In this document: positions 14,421-24,909 of the stretch, in pieces
How positions within the stretch are numbered: the stretch's first letter is position 1
How the letters are laid out: every line of letters begins with the position of its first letter
Position numbers and translations under genes: made by a program
IMG/VR virus record: IMGVR_UViG_3300027749_000064
Source: an uncultured virus (IMG/VR IMGVR_UViG_3300027749_000064)
Taxonomy: Duplodnaviria > Heunggongvirae > Uroviricota > Caudoviricetes
DNA: 64,000 nt
Direction: 5' to 3' (one strand)
The notes under the pieces: model-generated
The model's database searches: none
What the model saw: the letters and a program-made list of their open reading frames with translations, nothing else
Told to the model about the DNA's origin: nothing

Positions 14421-15287
14421 TCAATTGCTTTCCCGCACGAATGTGATAGCTCGTGAATTATGAATTAAAGATGTATGGCCAGTTTGTTGAGGAGTAAAAT
14501 CTTCACCATGAAGATAAACTAAAGGTACATTCTGTTTTTCCAAAAATTCTATTAAATTGGGATTTCTTGTCATAGAGCCTAAAACTATAAGATCAAATTG
14601 ATTTATATCTTCAGCATTTTTTAATCCGCTTATGGTATTGGCTTTAAGTACTTTAGAATAGCCAAATCCCCGCCCATAAAGAGTTTTTGTGTCCATTTGA
14701 TAGTTGTCATATAAATAAGGAGTTATAAAAGCCTCTACGCACTTTTGTCCAAATAATTGCTTAAACCCTATTAAAGTCATTATACTTAGATAATCTTCAG
14801 TTTGAGGAAGTGATTGATCTATAAATAAAACATTTTTTGGAGTTACTTTTGCTGATTTCATAATATATTTTGCCATTGCGCTACATGTAAGGTTATTTAT
14901 AAAATTAGCAGATATTAATTGTCTTTCTTCTACCGACGGCGGCTCATTTGTTCGCTGAAAACGTTCGTATATATCCATATATAATTCTTTAAGATGATGA
15001 GTCATTGTGTATTTAGGTATTTGAACAGCATCTGCCATAAGTGGCATTGTTCCAGAAACCATAATTTCCAAATGACGCATACAATCCCAACCTGCTTTTT
15101 TCATTGTTACGCCATAATAAGATTTTTGATATTCTGCTAAATATAAAGATTCATCGCTATACGAATAAGAATTGCCAGGTACTATATCAGCTATTAATTT
15201 TTCCTTTATGTATAAATATGGAGTTTTTGGATAACTAAAAGATATTGGATAATATCCATTTTCTTTATAACAATCTTCAAATATCAT
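14421..15287 (-). CDS. Glycosyltransferase-like protein
   Basis: Y..SYYGVTMKKAGWDCMRHLEI...G..P resembles a GT-B donor-binding segment. Confidence 0.55.
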   Translation of the reverse strand: MIFEDCYKENGYYPISFSYPKTPYLYIKEKLIADIVPGNSYSYSDESLYLAEYQKSYYGVTMKKAGWDCMRHLEIMVSGTMPLMADAVQIPKYTMTHHLKELYMDIYERFQRTNEPPSVEERQLISANFINNLTCSAMAKYIMKSAKVTPKNVLFIDQSLPQTEDYLSIMTLIGFKQLFGQKCVEAFITPYLYDNYQMDTKTLYGRGFGYSKVLKANTISGLKNAEDINQFDLIVLGSMTRNPNLIEFLEKQNVPLVYLHGEDFTPQQTGHTSLIHNSRAITFVRESN

Positions 15288-15291
15288 TTTT

Positions 15292-15768
15292 TTATATACT
15301 ATTTACTAACGGATAATCTTCTGCCATCATTTTATTAAATTCTTCATTACCAATCCAAAATATATTTCCTAATACCCGCCATGCAAAATTAGTTCCTTCA
15401 GATAAATGTTTTTCTATTGCCCAAGATAATACTTCTGAATCTAGTTTCCGTCCCGCCTCAATCAGCATCGTATATTCAATATCTTTAATTTTACGAGTAG
15501 TAAATATAGCGTTTGATTTTGAAGGTTTAAAACTATCAGGCATTGTTTTATCTGTTAAATAATCACATTTAAATATTTGACATGGATTCATTGGTCTTGT
15601 ATTATATTCCCCACAACCTTCTCCGACTTTAACAAAAGGACAAGGAACAATAGAACCATCATCTGCCATACCCATAAAATTACCCTTTATATCAGCCCTT
15701 AAATGCCCTTCACAGCACTTTGTACAACCTTCACAGGATCTTCCATCAACTATGGGTAAAAAGTTCAT
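15292..15768 (-). CDS. CxxCxxCC (YkgJ-like) metal-cluster protein
   Basis: CEGCTKCC...CPF...GC..Y..RP..PC..FKC. Confidence 0.8.
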   Translation of the reverse strand: MNFLPIVDGRSCEGCTKCCEGHLRADIKGNFMGMADDGSIVPCPFVKVGEGCGEYNTRPMNPCQIFKCDYLTDKTMPDSFKPSKSNAIFTTRKIKDIEYTMLIEAGRKLDSEVLSWAIEKHLSEGTNFAWRVLGNIFWIGNEEFNKMMAEDYPLVNSI

Positions 15769-15782
15769 TTCTTACTTTTGTC

Positions 15783-16274
15783 TCACTGATAAATTAATCT
15801 AAATGCTAAATCTTTAGGCGTAACAAGTGCATGTTTCTTTTCTGAAACTTTAACTCCCCCGACAGAATATGCCCATGCTACTAATTGTGAACAAATTACT
15901 GAATTTTCATTTTCTGCTCTTTTAATTAAATTAGGTAATACTTTAAGCCCAATAGATTTAACTCCTAATACAAATATTGACCATTTGCCATATCTATCAC
16001 CTACAAAGCCTTTTGCTCTTTCTACAATTCTTTGTCTTTGTTCAAATGGAGTAATAAATTTTTCATGTTGATTCCAAGCTATTTGATATCCATCATATTT
16101 AGAAAGATCAGAAATTGTTACTCCCTGCGGACGTGCCTCAATAATTTTTCCATCTCCTATATATATACCTGCATGATTCCAATCTGAAAATGTTCCAATT
16201 CTAATTAACATTCCTACAAGTCCATGCGTCTTAACTACAAAGTAGTCCCCCGCAATTGGTGTATATTTATTCAT
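15783..16274 (-). CDS. Permuted NlpC/P60 (YiiX/YaeF-like) amidase
   Basis: GD near N-terminus; WNHAGIY..IIEA; C-terminal ICSQLV and VTPKDL. Confidence 0.85.
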   Translation of the reverse strand: MNKYTPIAGDYFVVKTHGLVGMLIRIGTFSDWNHAGIYIGDGKIIEARPQGVTISDLSKYDGYQIAWNQHEKFITPFEQRQRIVERAKGFVGDRYGKWSIFVLGVKSIGLKVLPNLIKRAENENSVICSQLVAWAYSVGGVKVSEKKHALVTPKDLAFRLIYQ

Positions 16275-16506
16275 TTTCTACTTCCTTAATTTTATTTAAT
16301 ATATTTTCATATAATTGTAGTCCAACAACTTGTTCATACCCACATGCTGTACAGTATAGCATAATTTTATCATCTTGATCTTTATGATTAAGCCAATAAA
16401 TTACATCTGTAAATCCATAATCTTCTTTATGTCCAGGGCAAGCGAGAGGTTTTACCCTACCCGCCTGCGCTAGATTATAATACTGAGAAAATATTTGAAT
16501 TCTCAT
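16267..16506 (-). CDS. Small Zn-ribbon protein
   Basis: CPGH...CTAC. Confidence 0.7.
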   Translation of the reverse strand: MRIQIFSQYYNLAQAGRVKPLACPGHKEDYGFTDVIYWLNHKDQDDKIMLYCTACGYEQVVGLQLYENILNKIKEVENE

Positions 16507-17177
16507 CAGTATGCTATGTTTGCTTTTCTAAATACAGATGTGACATATTGGTATACCGTAGGATTTCCAGGAACTGGTTTGTTCCAAGATCCAATATCAC
16601 CCGCTCTTGATGGATATAGATGTGCTGCAACTGCTTTTCTCCAGTCTTGATACTTTGCATAAGAAGCTTTTAATTCGCCAATCATGCGTTTATCTTGTAC
16701 CCATTCTGGTGCATCACAGGCGCTTTTATAGCCCATATAGTTATTCCATGATACGTTCATATATTGAAATGCTCCACATGCACTACTGGAATAAGACTTG
16801 CGATAATATGCTCCAACTCCGCCAGTTTCTTGGCTCTTGATTGCATTCGCTAGTCTTGAAATTATTACCCTGTTGTCTACTCTTTGTTTTAGATTTAGCT
16901 TTATGCTATATGAGGGCATTGTAAAAGTTGAACCATCTGTTAAATCGTTTACACGATAAACAACATTCTTCTTTTTACTGATATCAATATTTATAGCGTT
17001 CTTAATATTAACTAAGTTTATATATTTATTGATATACAATATATCGCTGCTGTACGATATAGTTGGTGCTGTTAGCGCATGGGCTTGTTCAGAATCTAAT
17101 CCAAACATCAATGTAAGAATACTTACACATATCATAGTCCATACTGTTCTTATCCTTGCTTTGTTCATATTATTCAT
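16506..17177 (-). CDS. Secreted lysozyme-like/lytic transglycosylase protein
   Basis: Signal peptide ending AHA; I..QETGG, ACGAFQY...W, PE.VQD. Confidence 0.75.
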   Translation of the reverse strand: MNNMNKARIRTVWTMICVSILTLMFGLDSEQAHALTAPTISYSSDILYINKYINLVNIKNAINIDISKKKNVVYRVNDLTDGSTFTMPSYSIKLNLKQRVDNRVIISRLANAIKSQETGGVGAYYRKSYSSSACGAFQYMNVSWNNYMGYKSACDAPEWVQDKRMIGELKASYAKYQDWRKAVAAHLYPSRAGDIGSWNKPVPGNPTVYQYVTSVFRKANIAY

Positions 17178-17208
17178 ATGTACCTCCTGGGGTAAAGAGT
17201 AGAGCTTA

Positions 17209-17280
17209 ATCGTACCATGTATTAAAATTCATGTCAAGGTTTACGCTTGTTAGACATGTACAATAATAGTATGATACAAT
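17209..17280. promoter_or_regulatory. Divergent sigmaA promoters
   Basis: Minus strand TTGACA-N17-TACGAT (17209-17237); plus strand TAGACA-N18-TACAAT (17251-17280). Confidence 0.7.
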
Positions 17281-17285
17281 CAGGA

Positions 17286-17410
17286 TAGGTTTGTGGGGGC
17301 TTTTCACTAGAACTCATAATGATGGAAATATTTTTCCAGATTTGTTTGGTGAAGCACTCTTTCTCTAATTTTTCAATTTTTGAAAATGAGGGGAGGGGGA
17401 GCTTTGCCTA
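17286..17410 (+). ncRNA. Candidate branched structured RNA
   Basis: Follows promoter; several helices with G-U pairs; no ORF in track. Confidence 0.45.
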
Positions 17411-17510
17411 GAATCTTTAAATCAGGAAATAATTATTTAAAATAAATTTAATATATATAATATGATTATATTTCTAAAATGCTATACTTAGTTTTGTTGG
17501 AAGGTTTTAA

Positions 17511-18509
17511 TTGAAAATTTCATTTACTGGTGCTCCAGAATATATGGATCGTAATGTTGGTTACGGAGAAGCATCATGGCAAATATGGAAAGAATTTGAA
17601 AAACAAGGAATAGAATGCCTTATTGGTTCGCCAAAAGCTAAAATTGGAATTTCTTTTATTCAACCTCAAATGTATAGATTTGGTAAAGCTCAATATAAAA
17701 TTGGATATAGTCCATGGGAATCAACTGAAATTCCAGATGTATGGAAACCAAATCTTATAAATGGTATAGATGAATTATGGACAACTTCTCCATGGTGTGC
17801 AGATATTTTAAAAAATTTTACTTCAAAGCCAATTTTTGTTTATGAACACGGTATTAATGATAATTGGGTGCCTTTAAAAAGAAATATCAATCCTTCCCGC
17901 CCATTTAGATTTTTACATATAGGAGAGCCGTATTTTAGAAAAGATGCTCAAAGAGTAGTAGAAGCATTTATTAATACTTTTGGAGACGATCCAAATTATG
18001 AATTAATTTTAAAATGTACAAGAATGAACACAACTAGAATTTCAGATCCTGTAACTGGAAAAATTCAAGGTTCTCCAGGAGCATTTTATAAAAATATTAA
18101 AACTATTGAAGGAATGCTTACAACAGAACAAATGAATGGTCTATATGATTTATGTGATGTTTTTGTTTACCCATCTTGGGGAGAAGGATTTGGTTTAAAT
18201 CCACTTCAAGCAATGGCAAAAGGGATTCCAACAATTTGCACAAAAGATTGGGCTTCTTATTCAAGATACATTACTATGCCTTTAAATTCAGAATTAGTTC
18301 CGTCTCCTTGGCCCAATTTACATCCTGGCAATATGTATAAATCTAATTTTGAACAGATTATGTTTTACATGAAAGACGTATCTGAAAACTACGATAAATA
18401 CAGCGACTTATCTTACAAAAATGCATTTTTAATTCATAAAGATTATAATTGGAATAAAGTTACCAAACCAGCAATTCAAAGGTTAAAAAAAATACATGAA
18501 AATTTATAA
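17511..18509 (+). CDS. Glycosyltransferase, GT4/GT-B
   Basis: PWEST, DELWTTS, RKD, CDVFVYPSWGEGFGLNPLQAMAKGIPTI. Confidence 0.9.
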   Translation: MKISFTGAPEYMDRNVGYGEASWQIWKEFEKQGIECLIGSPKAKIGISFIQPQMYRFGKAQYKIGYSPWESTEIPDVWKPNLINGIDELWTTSPWCADILKNFTSKPIFVYEHGINDNWVPLKRNINPSRPFRFLHIGEPYFRKDAQRVVEAFINTFGDDPNYELILKCTRMNTTRISDPVTGKIQGSPGAFYKNIKTIEGMLTTEQMNGLYDLCDVFVYPSWGEGFGLNPLQAMAKGIPTICTKDWASYSRYITMPLNSELVPSPWPNLHPGNMYKSNFEQIMFYMKDVSENYDKYSDLSYKNAFLIHKDYNWNKVTKPAIQRLKKIHENL

Positions 18510-18572
18510 AATTTTGATTTTAAAACAATCAGTATGATACACTTAAGATCTTAATCTAAAAAACCTAGGAGC

Positions 18573-20510
18573 ATGATGTCTAACACTATTAAAAACCCAT
18601 ATGAAAATTTTATTGCACTTTCTCGCTACGCCCGTTGGCTAGAAGAAGAAAATCGTCGTGAAACTTGGGGTGAAACAGTAGACCGATACTTTAAGTTTAT
18701 GGTTATACAGTTACGTGAAAAACATGGGTATGTTCCTAATGATAAAATTCTTACAGAATTGCGTGATGCAGTTTTTAATCGTAATGTAATGCCATCAATG
18801 CGTTCTGTAATGACAGCAGGAGTAGCGTTAGAAAGAGAAAATGTTTCTGGATATAACTGTGCATTTCTTCCAGTAGATAATGCTAGATCATTTGATGAAG
18901 CTATGTATATCTTAATGTGTGGAACTGGTGTTGGATTTTCTGTTGAGTATAAGTATATTAATAAACTCCCGCCACTTCCTGAAACGCTTGAAAAATCTTC
19001 TACTACAGTTATTGTAGGAGATTCAAAAGAAGGTTGGGCAAAAGCATATCGTGAATTTTTAGGATTACTTTGGGCAGGACAAATTCCACAAATTGATGTT
19101 AGTAAAGTTCGCCCTGCAGGTGCACGTCTTAAAACAATGGGCGGAAGATCATCTGGTCCACAACCATTGGTTAATCTTTTTGATTTTACAGTACAAATAT
19201 TTAAGGGAGCGCTTGGTCGCAGCCTTAAACCAATTGAATGTCATGACATTATGTGTAAAGTTGGAGAGGTTGTAGTTGTTGGCGGTGTTCGTCGTTCTGC
19301 AATGATATCTCTTTCAAATATAAACGATATTGAAATGGCAGCAGCAAAATCTGGAAATTGGTGGGAAAAAAATTCTCAAAGATCTTTGTCAAATAATTCA
19401 GTTGCATATTCTCGCAAACCAGAAATGGCTCAATTTATTGCAGAATGGAAATCTTTATATGATTCTAAATCAGGAGAAAGAGGGATTTATAATGTTGCCG
19501 CAGCACAATCTCAAGCCGCAAAATATGGAAGAAGAAGTGCTGATATACATTATGGAACTAACCCATGTTCTGAAATTATTTTAAGACCATATCAATTTTG
19601 TAATCTTTCAGAAGTTGTTCTTCGTGAAAAAGATACAGTTGATGATGTTGCAAATAAAGTTCGTCTTGCATCTATTTTGGGTACATGGCAATCAACACTT
19701 ACAGACTTTAAATACATTCGTAAAATTTGGAAAGACAATACAGAAGAAGAACGTTTACTTGGAGTTTCTTTAACTGGCCAATTTGGGCATAAGTTTTTTT
19801 CAGGACAAGAGGGAACAGAAAAACTTTCTTTAGTACTTGACAGACTTCGTATGCTTGCGGTTGAAACAAATGTTGAAGAAGCAGAGAAAATTGGGATTCC
19901 ATCTTCAGCAGCAGTAACTTGTGTTAAACCATCAGGCACAGTATCTCAATTGGTCGGGGTAAGTTCAGGAATGCACCCATGGCATTCAGATTATTATATT
20001 AGAACTGTAAGAGGTTCTAAAAATGATCCTATTTCACAATTTTTAAAAGACTCTGGAATTCCAACAGAAGATGATGTAATGAAACCAAATGAAACATATG
20101 TATTTTCATTTCCAGTAAAATCTCCATCACATGCTATTACTAGAAATAAATTAACAGCATTACAACAACTTGAAATTTGGCTAACATATCAAAGACATTG
20201 GTGTGAACACAAACCATCTATAACCGTATCTGTAAAAGAAGAAGAATGGATGGAAGTAGGCGCTTGGGTTTATAAGCATTTTGATGAAGTTTCTGGAATA
20301 TCATTTTTACCATATTCTGAGCATACATATGTTCAAGCTCCTTATCAAGAAATTGAAAAAGAACAATACTTGGCTCTTGAAGAAAAAATGCCTAAAAATA
20401 TTGATTGGAATGCATTGTCTTTATACGAACTGGAAGATTCTACAACTGGGTCTCAAGCTCTAGCTTGCGTAAGCGGAGAATGTGAAATTGTAGATATTGG
20501 TCAAAATTGA
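18573..20510 (+). CDS. nrdJ: Class II (adenosylcobalamin-dependent) ribonucleotide reductase
   Basis: RRETW.ETV.R, YNC, GGVRRSA, TNPCSEI, VKPSGTVS, C-terminal ACVSGEC. Confidence 0.95.
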   Translation: MMSNTIKNPYENFIALSRYARWLEEENRRETWGETVDRYFKFMVIQLREKHGYVPNDKILTELRDAVFNRNVMPSMRSVMTAGVALERENVSGYNCAFLPVDNARSFDEAMYILMCGTGVGFSVEYKYINKLPPLPETLEKSSTTVIVGDSKEGWAKAYREFLGLLWAGQIPQIDVSKVRPAGARLKTMGGRSSGPQPLVNLFDFTVQIFKGALGRSLKPIECHDIMCKVGEVVVVGGVRRSAMISLSNINDIEMAAAKSGNWWEKNSQRSLSNNSVAYSRKPEMAQFIAEWKSLYDSKSGERGIYNVAAAQSQAAKYGRRSADIHYGTNPCSEIILRPYQFCNLSEVVLREKDTVDDVANKVRLASILGTWQSTLTDFKYIRKIWKDNTEEERLLGVSLTGQFGHKFFSGQEGTEKLSLVLDRLRMLAVETNVEEAEKIGIPSSAAVTCVKPSGTVSQLVGVSSGMHPWHSDYYIRTVRGSKNDPISQFLKDSGIPTEDDVMKPNETYVFSFPVKSPSHAITRNKLTALQQLEIWLTYQRHWCEHKPSITVSVKEEEWMEVGAWVYKHFDEVSGISFLPYSEHTYVQAPYQEIEKEQYLALEEKMPKNIDWNALSLYELEDSTTGSQALACVSGECEIVDIGQN

Positions 20511-20538
20511 TATAATATAAAAGCACACCGATCCGCAT

Positions 20539-20571
20539 AATCCCGCCCACTTCCACGGGGCGGGATTTTCT
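20539..20571 (+). terminator. Intrinsic terminator
   Basis: AATCCCGCCC/GGGCGGGATT followed by T-run. Confidence 0.8.
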
Positions 20572-20632
20572 ATGTTTTATAACCTTTAAATGGTAGAATG
20601 ACTATATAAATCTTTACATATGAGGTGCATAA

Positions 20633-20977
20633 ATGGCAATTCAAGAAATTAATTATGATGTTATTCAAAATGATACATGGTCTGTTGATATAACCGTTAA
20701 AGATTCAACTGGAACATTGATAAATTTTAGTGGATATAACTTCTTAATGGAAGTAAGAGATAGAGAAGGCGGGAATGTTCTTTGTGCTTCTGCTAGTCTA
20801 GGTAATGGAATAACAGTTACTGGAACAGGCATAATTCATGTTGAATTAACCCCCGCTCAAACAAATAAATTTAATTTACCAAAATCTAAATATCAAATCA
20901 TATCCATAGACGGAAGTTCAAGACGCAGAACTCTTGTTCAAGGATGGTTTCAAGTTAGGGCTAATACAATAATATAA
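20633..20977 (+). CDS. Virion structural protein (BppU-N-like Ig fold)
   Basis: Q.DT...I.VKD..G..INFSGY....VR, LTPAQT, YQI pattern. Confidence 0.6.
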   Translation: MAIQEINYDVIQNDTWSVDITVKDSTGTLINFSGYNFLMEVRDREGGNVLCASASLGNGITVTGTGIIHVELTPAQTNKFNLPKSKYQIISIDGSSRRRTLVQGWFQVRANTII

Positions 20978-21630
20978 TGACAGATAATATTTATGTTACT
21001 CAACAAAATAATGAAATAACTGTTACAGAATCTAATAATGAAGTAATAGTAGCAACCTCTGGGTATCAAGGAGCAAAAGGCTCACAGATATTAACTGGAA
21101 ATGGTGCTCCATCTTCAAGCCTAGGACTTCAAGGAGACTTTTATATTGATAAAAGTTCTTATTATGTTTATGGTCCAAAAATATCAAATACACAATGGGA
21201 TTATACTCCAGCTATAAGCTTGGCTGGAACAAATGGAAAATCATTTTTAACGGGTTCTGGTGCACCAGCACAATCTCTTGGTAGCAACGGAGATAGCTAT
21301 TTAAATACTTCAACTGGAGACCTTTATTTAAAATCTTCACCAATAGATTTTTCTCAAGGAACTTGGTCAATAACTACAAATATCATTAATCCCGCAAGAA
21401 TTTCTTTTGTTTTTGAACAACAAAGTGCCTCAAAGGGCGGAAGGACGCCAGCAGATGGCGGGACTGGTAATGGAGGCTGGTATGTATACCATAACTTAGG
21501 CTATAAACCAGCCGTTACAATTTCAGATTATGGAAATAATAATGTAGAATGTGATATAGAGCATGTAAATGTTAATTTACTTATACTTACTTTTTCAACA
21601 AGCATATCTGGTTACGCATACTGCTCATAA
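20977..21630 (+). CDS. Fibre-associated structural protein
   Basis: Two LTG.GAP..SLG..GD.Y repeats; W.V.HNLG..P C-terminus. Confidence 0.65.
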   Translation: MTDNIYVTQQNNEITVTESNNEVIVATSGYQGAKGSQILTGNGAPSSSLGLQGDFYIDKSSYYVYGPKISNTQWDYTPAISLAGTNGKSFLTGSGAPAQSLGSNGDSYLNTSTGDLYLKSSPIDFSQGTWSITTNIINPARISFVFEQQSASKGGRTPADGGTGNGGWYVYHNLGYKPAVTISDYGNNNVECDIEHVNVNLLILTFSTSISGYAYCS

Positions 21631-21655
21631 AAAAAATAAATAGGGGAACAAATAA

Positions 21656-24382
21656 ATGGCAAAAGTATTTTTAACAAATATAAATCTTAAAGGTAATCAG
21701 CTTTTAAATGCTGTACTTGCTCCAGGATCTCAACCAACTGGTTTAGCGGCTGGTCAAGTTTATTATAATACTACATCAAATCTCCTATACACATACAATG
21801 GAAGCGCCTGGAACCCTGTTAATGGCGGTATAATTACTGGTGGTTCAACATTTTATGGTGTAACAACACTTGCAGGAACTTCAAATCAAATTACTTTAAC
21901 ACCTTCTGGATCAACCCCATCTGGAACAGTTACTTTTTCTATCCCCTCTGCATTTACATTTCCAGGAACAGCGGCATTAACATCAGGTAACACATTAACA
22001 TTAGGCGCATCAACAACAGCAGGAGCATCATTAAATATGCCTGCAGGTTCTGCACCAACTACACCAAATACTGGTGATGCATGGCTTACAGCTTCAGGAT
22101 TAAATATTCGTTATGGTGGAACTCCAGCAAACCATACACTTGCAGATCTTGATACAACACAAACTTTAACTAATAAAACTTTAACATCTCCATCGCTAAC
22201 AACACCAACTGTTGGATCAGCGGGAGCAAACTTTGCAGGATCAACTTCAGGTAACACAACACTTGCAGCATCCGCAATTGCTTCAGGAACACTTACACTT
22301 CCTGCAACAACTGATACTCTTGTAGGTGCAGCATTTACACAAACCCTTACAAACAAAACTTTAACATCCCCAACATTAACAACCCCAGCAATTGGTTCAG
22401 GTGGCCTTACACTTGCAGGCTCAACATCTGGAACTATCACAGTGGTTCCACAAACAGGTATCGTATCTGGAACAATTACAGTTCCTTCGGTTGCATCAAC
22501 TGACACTGTAGCACTTGTTGGACTTGCTCAAACACTTACAAATAAGACTTTAACTGCACCAACAATTAATGGTGGTACTCACACAGCAGTTACTTCTCTT
22601 GGAATAAGAGACACATCTGCTGCATTTGATGTAACGCTTGCTGCATCTTCATCTGTAGCATTAACTGCTGGAAGAACATTAACTCTTGATCTTCAAAATG
22701 CTGCAAGAACAGTATCACTTGCTGGAAATATTTCACTTGCTGGTAATTTAACTACAGCAGGTGCATTTACAACTGCAGGTGCTTTTGGACTTACACTTAC
22801 AGCAACAAATACTACAAATGCTACAATTCCAGCGGGAACTGTAACACTTGTTGATCTTGCTTCATCTCAAGCATTAACAGGTAAGACTTATAACGGTCTT
22901 TCATTAACATCAAATGCAACTGGATTCTCAATTGCTGGCGGAACTACATCAAAGACTCTTACTGCTAATAACTCTCTAACATTAGCTGGTACAGATTCAA
23001 CAACAATTACATTCCCATCAGCTAACCTATCATTCTCATTACCTACAGCTACAGCAACTACATTAAATATACCAGCTACTGGTACAGTATCTTTAGTTGA
23101 TCTTTCAACATCTCAATCTCTTACTAATAAAACAATTAGTGGATTAACAGTATCTACAACAACTGGTACTTTGACAATTCCAAATGGTACAACTCTTGCG
23201 CTTTCAGGTGCAAATAACCTTACATTTACAACAACAGGTGCTACAAACGTAACATTGCCTACAACTGGCACAATTGCTACACTTGCTGGTACTGAAACAC
23301 TTACAAATAAAACTCTTACTACCGCAACACTTGGCTCAGCCCTTGCTGCAGGTGGATTTAAGATTACAGGTCTTGCAGATCCAACATCTGCTCAAGATGC
23401 TGCAACTAAGGCTTACGTAGATGCATCAACTCAAGGACTTAACGTTCATGATGCTGTAAAGTATGCAACAACAACCAGTTTAACTGCAACATATGCTAAT
23501 GGAACTTCAGATGCTAGCCAGGGACTTGGAGTAGGTGCAACACTTACTAACTCAGGAACTCAAGCAGCATTTGTTATTGATACAAAGACTGTAGTTGTTG
23601 GAGACAGAATTCTTGTTAAAAATCAAGCAACTGCTACTCAAAATGGTCTTTATACAGTTACAGTAGTTGGAACAGGATCAACTAACTGGATACTTACTCG
23701 TGCAACAGATGCAGATAACCATATAGCAGGACAACTTCTTGCTGGTGACTTTGTGTTTGTATCAGATGGATCTGCAAATCTTTCAACTGGATATGTAATG
23801 TCATCACAAGGTACTGCAACAACTCCTGTAAATGGAATTAAAATTGGTACAGATAGTATTGCCTATACACAGTTCTCTGGTACAGGTACATATTCTGCAT
23901 CAAATGGCGTATTATTAACTGGTACTAACTTTACCTTTGCACCACTTACAAATGGTGGTTTGCAAACAGCATCAGGTGGAGCATCTATCTTACTCCCAGC
24001 AAACTCAGGTTTGTCAACAACTTCTTCAGGTTTGGCAGTTGGAGTTGGAACTGGTCTTACAGTTTCAGGTTCAACAGTATCTTATTCAACTGGTACAACT
24101 ACACAAACTGGATCGGGAATTACTGGAGGAGCATATACTTATGCAACACAAAAACAAGTTGCAACAATTACGGGTAATGGAACACTAACAAGCTTTGCAG
24201 TAAACCATAACCTTAACTCTCAAGATATGACAGTTCAAGTTTATCAAACATCTGCAACTCCAGATACTCAATATTCTGAGGTTGAAGCTGATATTGTAAG
24301 AACTTCTACCTCTGTGGTTACAGTATCATTTGCTGCAGCCCCAGCATCTGGTGTTACTTATAACGTGGTAATGGTTGGATAA
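21656..24382 (+). CDS. Tail/head fibre protein
   Basis: Thr/Ser/Gly-rich; QTLTNKTLT repeats; LADPTSAQDAATKAYVD, GDRILVKNQ...NGLY. Confidence 0.8.
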   Translation: MAKVFLTNINLKGNQLLNAVLAPGSQPTGLAAGQVYYNTTSNLLYTYNGSAWNPVNGGIITGGSTFYGVTTLAGTSNQITLTPSGSTPSGTVTFSIPSAFTFPGTAALTSGNTLTLGASTTAGASLNMPAGSAPTTPNTGDAWLTASGLNIRYGGTPANHTLADLDTTQTLTNKTLTSPSLTTPTVGSAGANFAGSTSGNTTLAASAIASGTLTLPATTDTLVGAAFTQTLTNKTLTSPTLTTPAIGSGGLTLAGSTSGTITVVPQTGIVSGTITVPSVASTDTVALVGLAQTLTNKTLTAPTINGGTHTAVTSLGIRDTSAAFDVTLAASSSVALTAGRTLTLDLQNAARTVSLAGNISLAGNLTTAGAFTTAGAFGLTLTATNTTNATIPAGTVTLVDLASSQALTGKTYNGLSLTSNATGFSIAGGTTSKTLTANNSLTLAGTDSTTITFPSANLSFSLPTATATTLNIPATGTVSLVDLSTSQSLTNKTISGLTVSTTTGTLTIPNGTTLALSGANNLTFTTTGATNVTLPTTGTIATLAGTETLTNKTLTTATLGSALAAGGFKITGLADPTSAQDAATKAYVDASTQGLNVHDAVKYATTTSLTATYANGTSDASQGLGVGATLTNSGTQAAFVIDTKTVVVGDRILVKNQATATQNGLYTVTVVGTGSTNWILTRATDADNHIAGQLLAGDFVFVSDGSANLSTGYVMSSQGTATTPVNGIKIGTDSIAYTQFSGTGTYSASNGVLLTGTNFTFAPLTNGGLQTASGGASILLPANSGLSTTSSGLAVGVGTGLTVSGSTVSYSTGTTTQTGSGITGGAYTYATQKQVATITGNGTLTSFAVNHNLNSQDMTVQVYQTSATPDTQYSEVEADIVRTSTSVVTVSFAAAPASGVTYNVVMVG

Positions 24383-24402
24383 TATTTAAAGTAGTACAAT
24401 TG

Positions 24403-24432
24403 GGGGTGGGACTAAACATCCTGCCCCTTTTT
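24403..24432 (+). terminator. Intrinsic terminator
   Basis: GGGGTGGGA/TCCTGCCCC followed by TTTTT. Confidence 0.7.
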
Positions 24433-24446
24433 AATATAGGAGAAAA

Positions 24447-24908
24447 ATGACAAAGCAGTTTAAAGTATCCATACAGGTACCGTCTATTTCAATTATTGAT
24501 GGTACTTCAAGTCAATATCTTATGGCTGATGGATCCACAACCACAACCACTTCAAGTTATACTGCCCCAGATATTATTCCGTTAGATAATTTACAATATG
24601 AATTTGATGGAGTTGGATCAAGATTCTATCCAAAAAATGCAGGAATAGTTCAAACTATTACTAACCCTTTTAAGCTTTTATTGACCTTAAATGGTATAAT
24701 ACAAAGTGTAAGCTTTCAGGAAGTTGTTTGGGGAACTCCATTCAGTTATGATGGCTTTACAATAGATTCAGATGGCTACATTGCATTTTCTGAAGCACCA
24801 CCAGCAGGTTCTACATTTCACGCAAGAGTAATGGCGGGACCTACAACACAAAGCAGTACAAATACTTATCCATTCAAAGCAATGGACATTTTACTAGGAG
24901 CATATTAA
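24447..24908 (+). CDS. Putative virion structural protein
   Basis: FDG...F, LNGIIQ, I.FSEAPPAGS motifs typical of baseplate/fibre repeats. Confidence 0.6.
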   Translation: MTKQFKVSIQVPSISIIDGTSSQYLMADGSTTTTTSSYTAPDIIPLDNLQYEFDGVGSRFYPKNAGIVQTITNPFKLLLTLNGIIQSVSFQEVVWGTPFSYDGFTIDSDGYIAFSEAPPAGSTFHARVMAGPTTQSSTNTYPFKAMDILLGAY

Positions 24909-24909
24909 T

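Noticed and set aside
18510..20510. Cobalamin riboswitch, NrdR box or intein at nrdJ
   Set aside because: Leader is ~60 bp with no such motif seen; protein length and motifs are continuous
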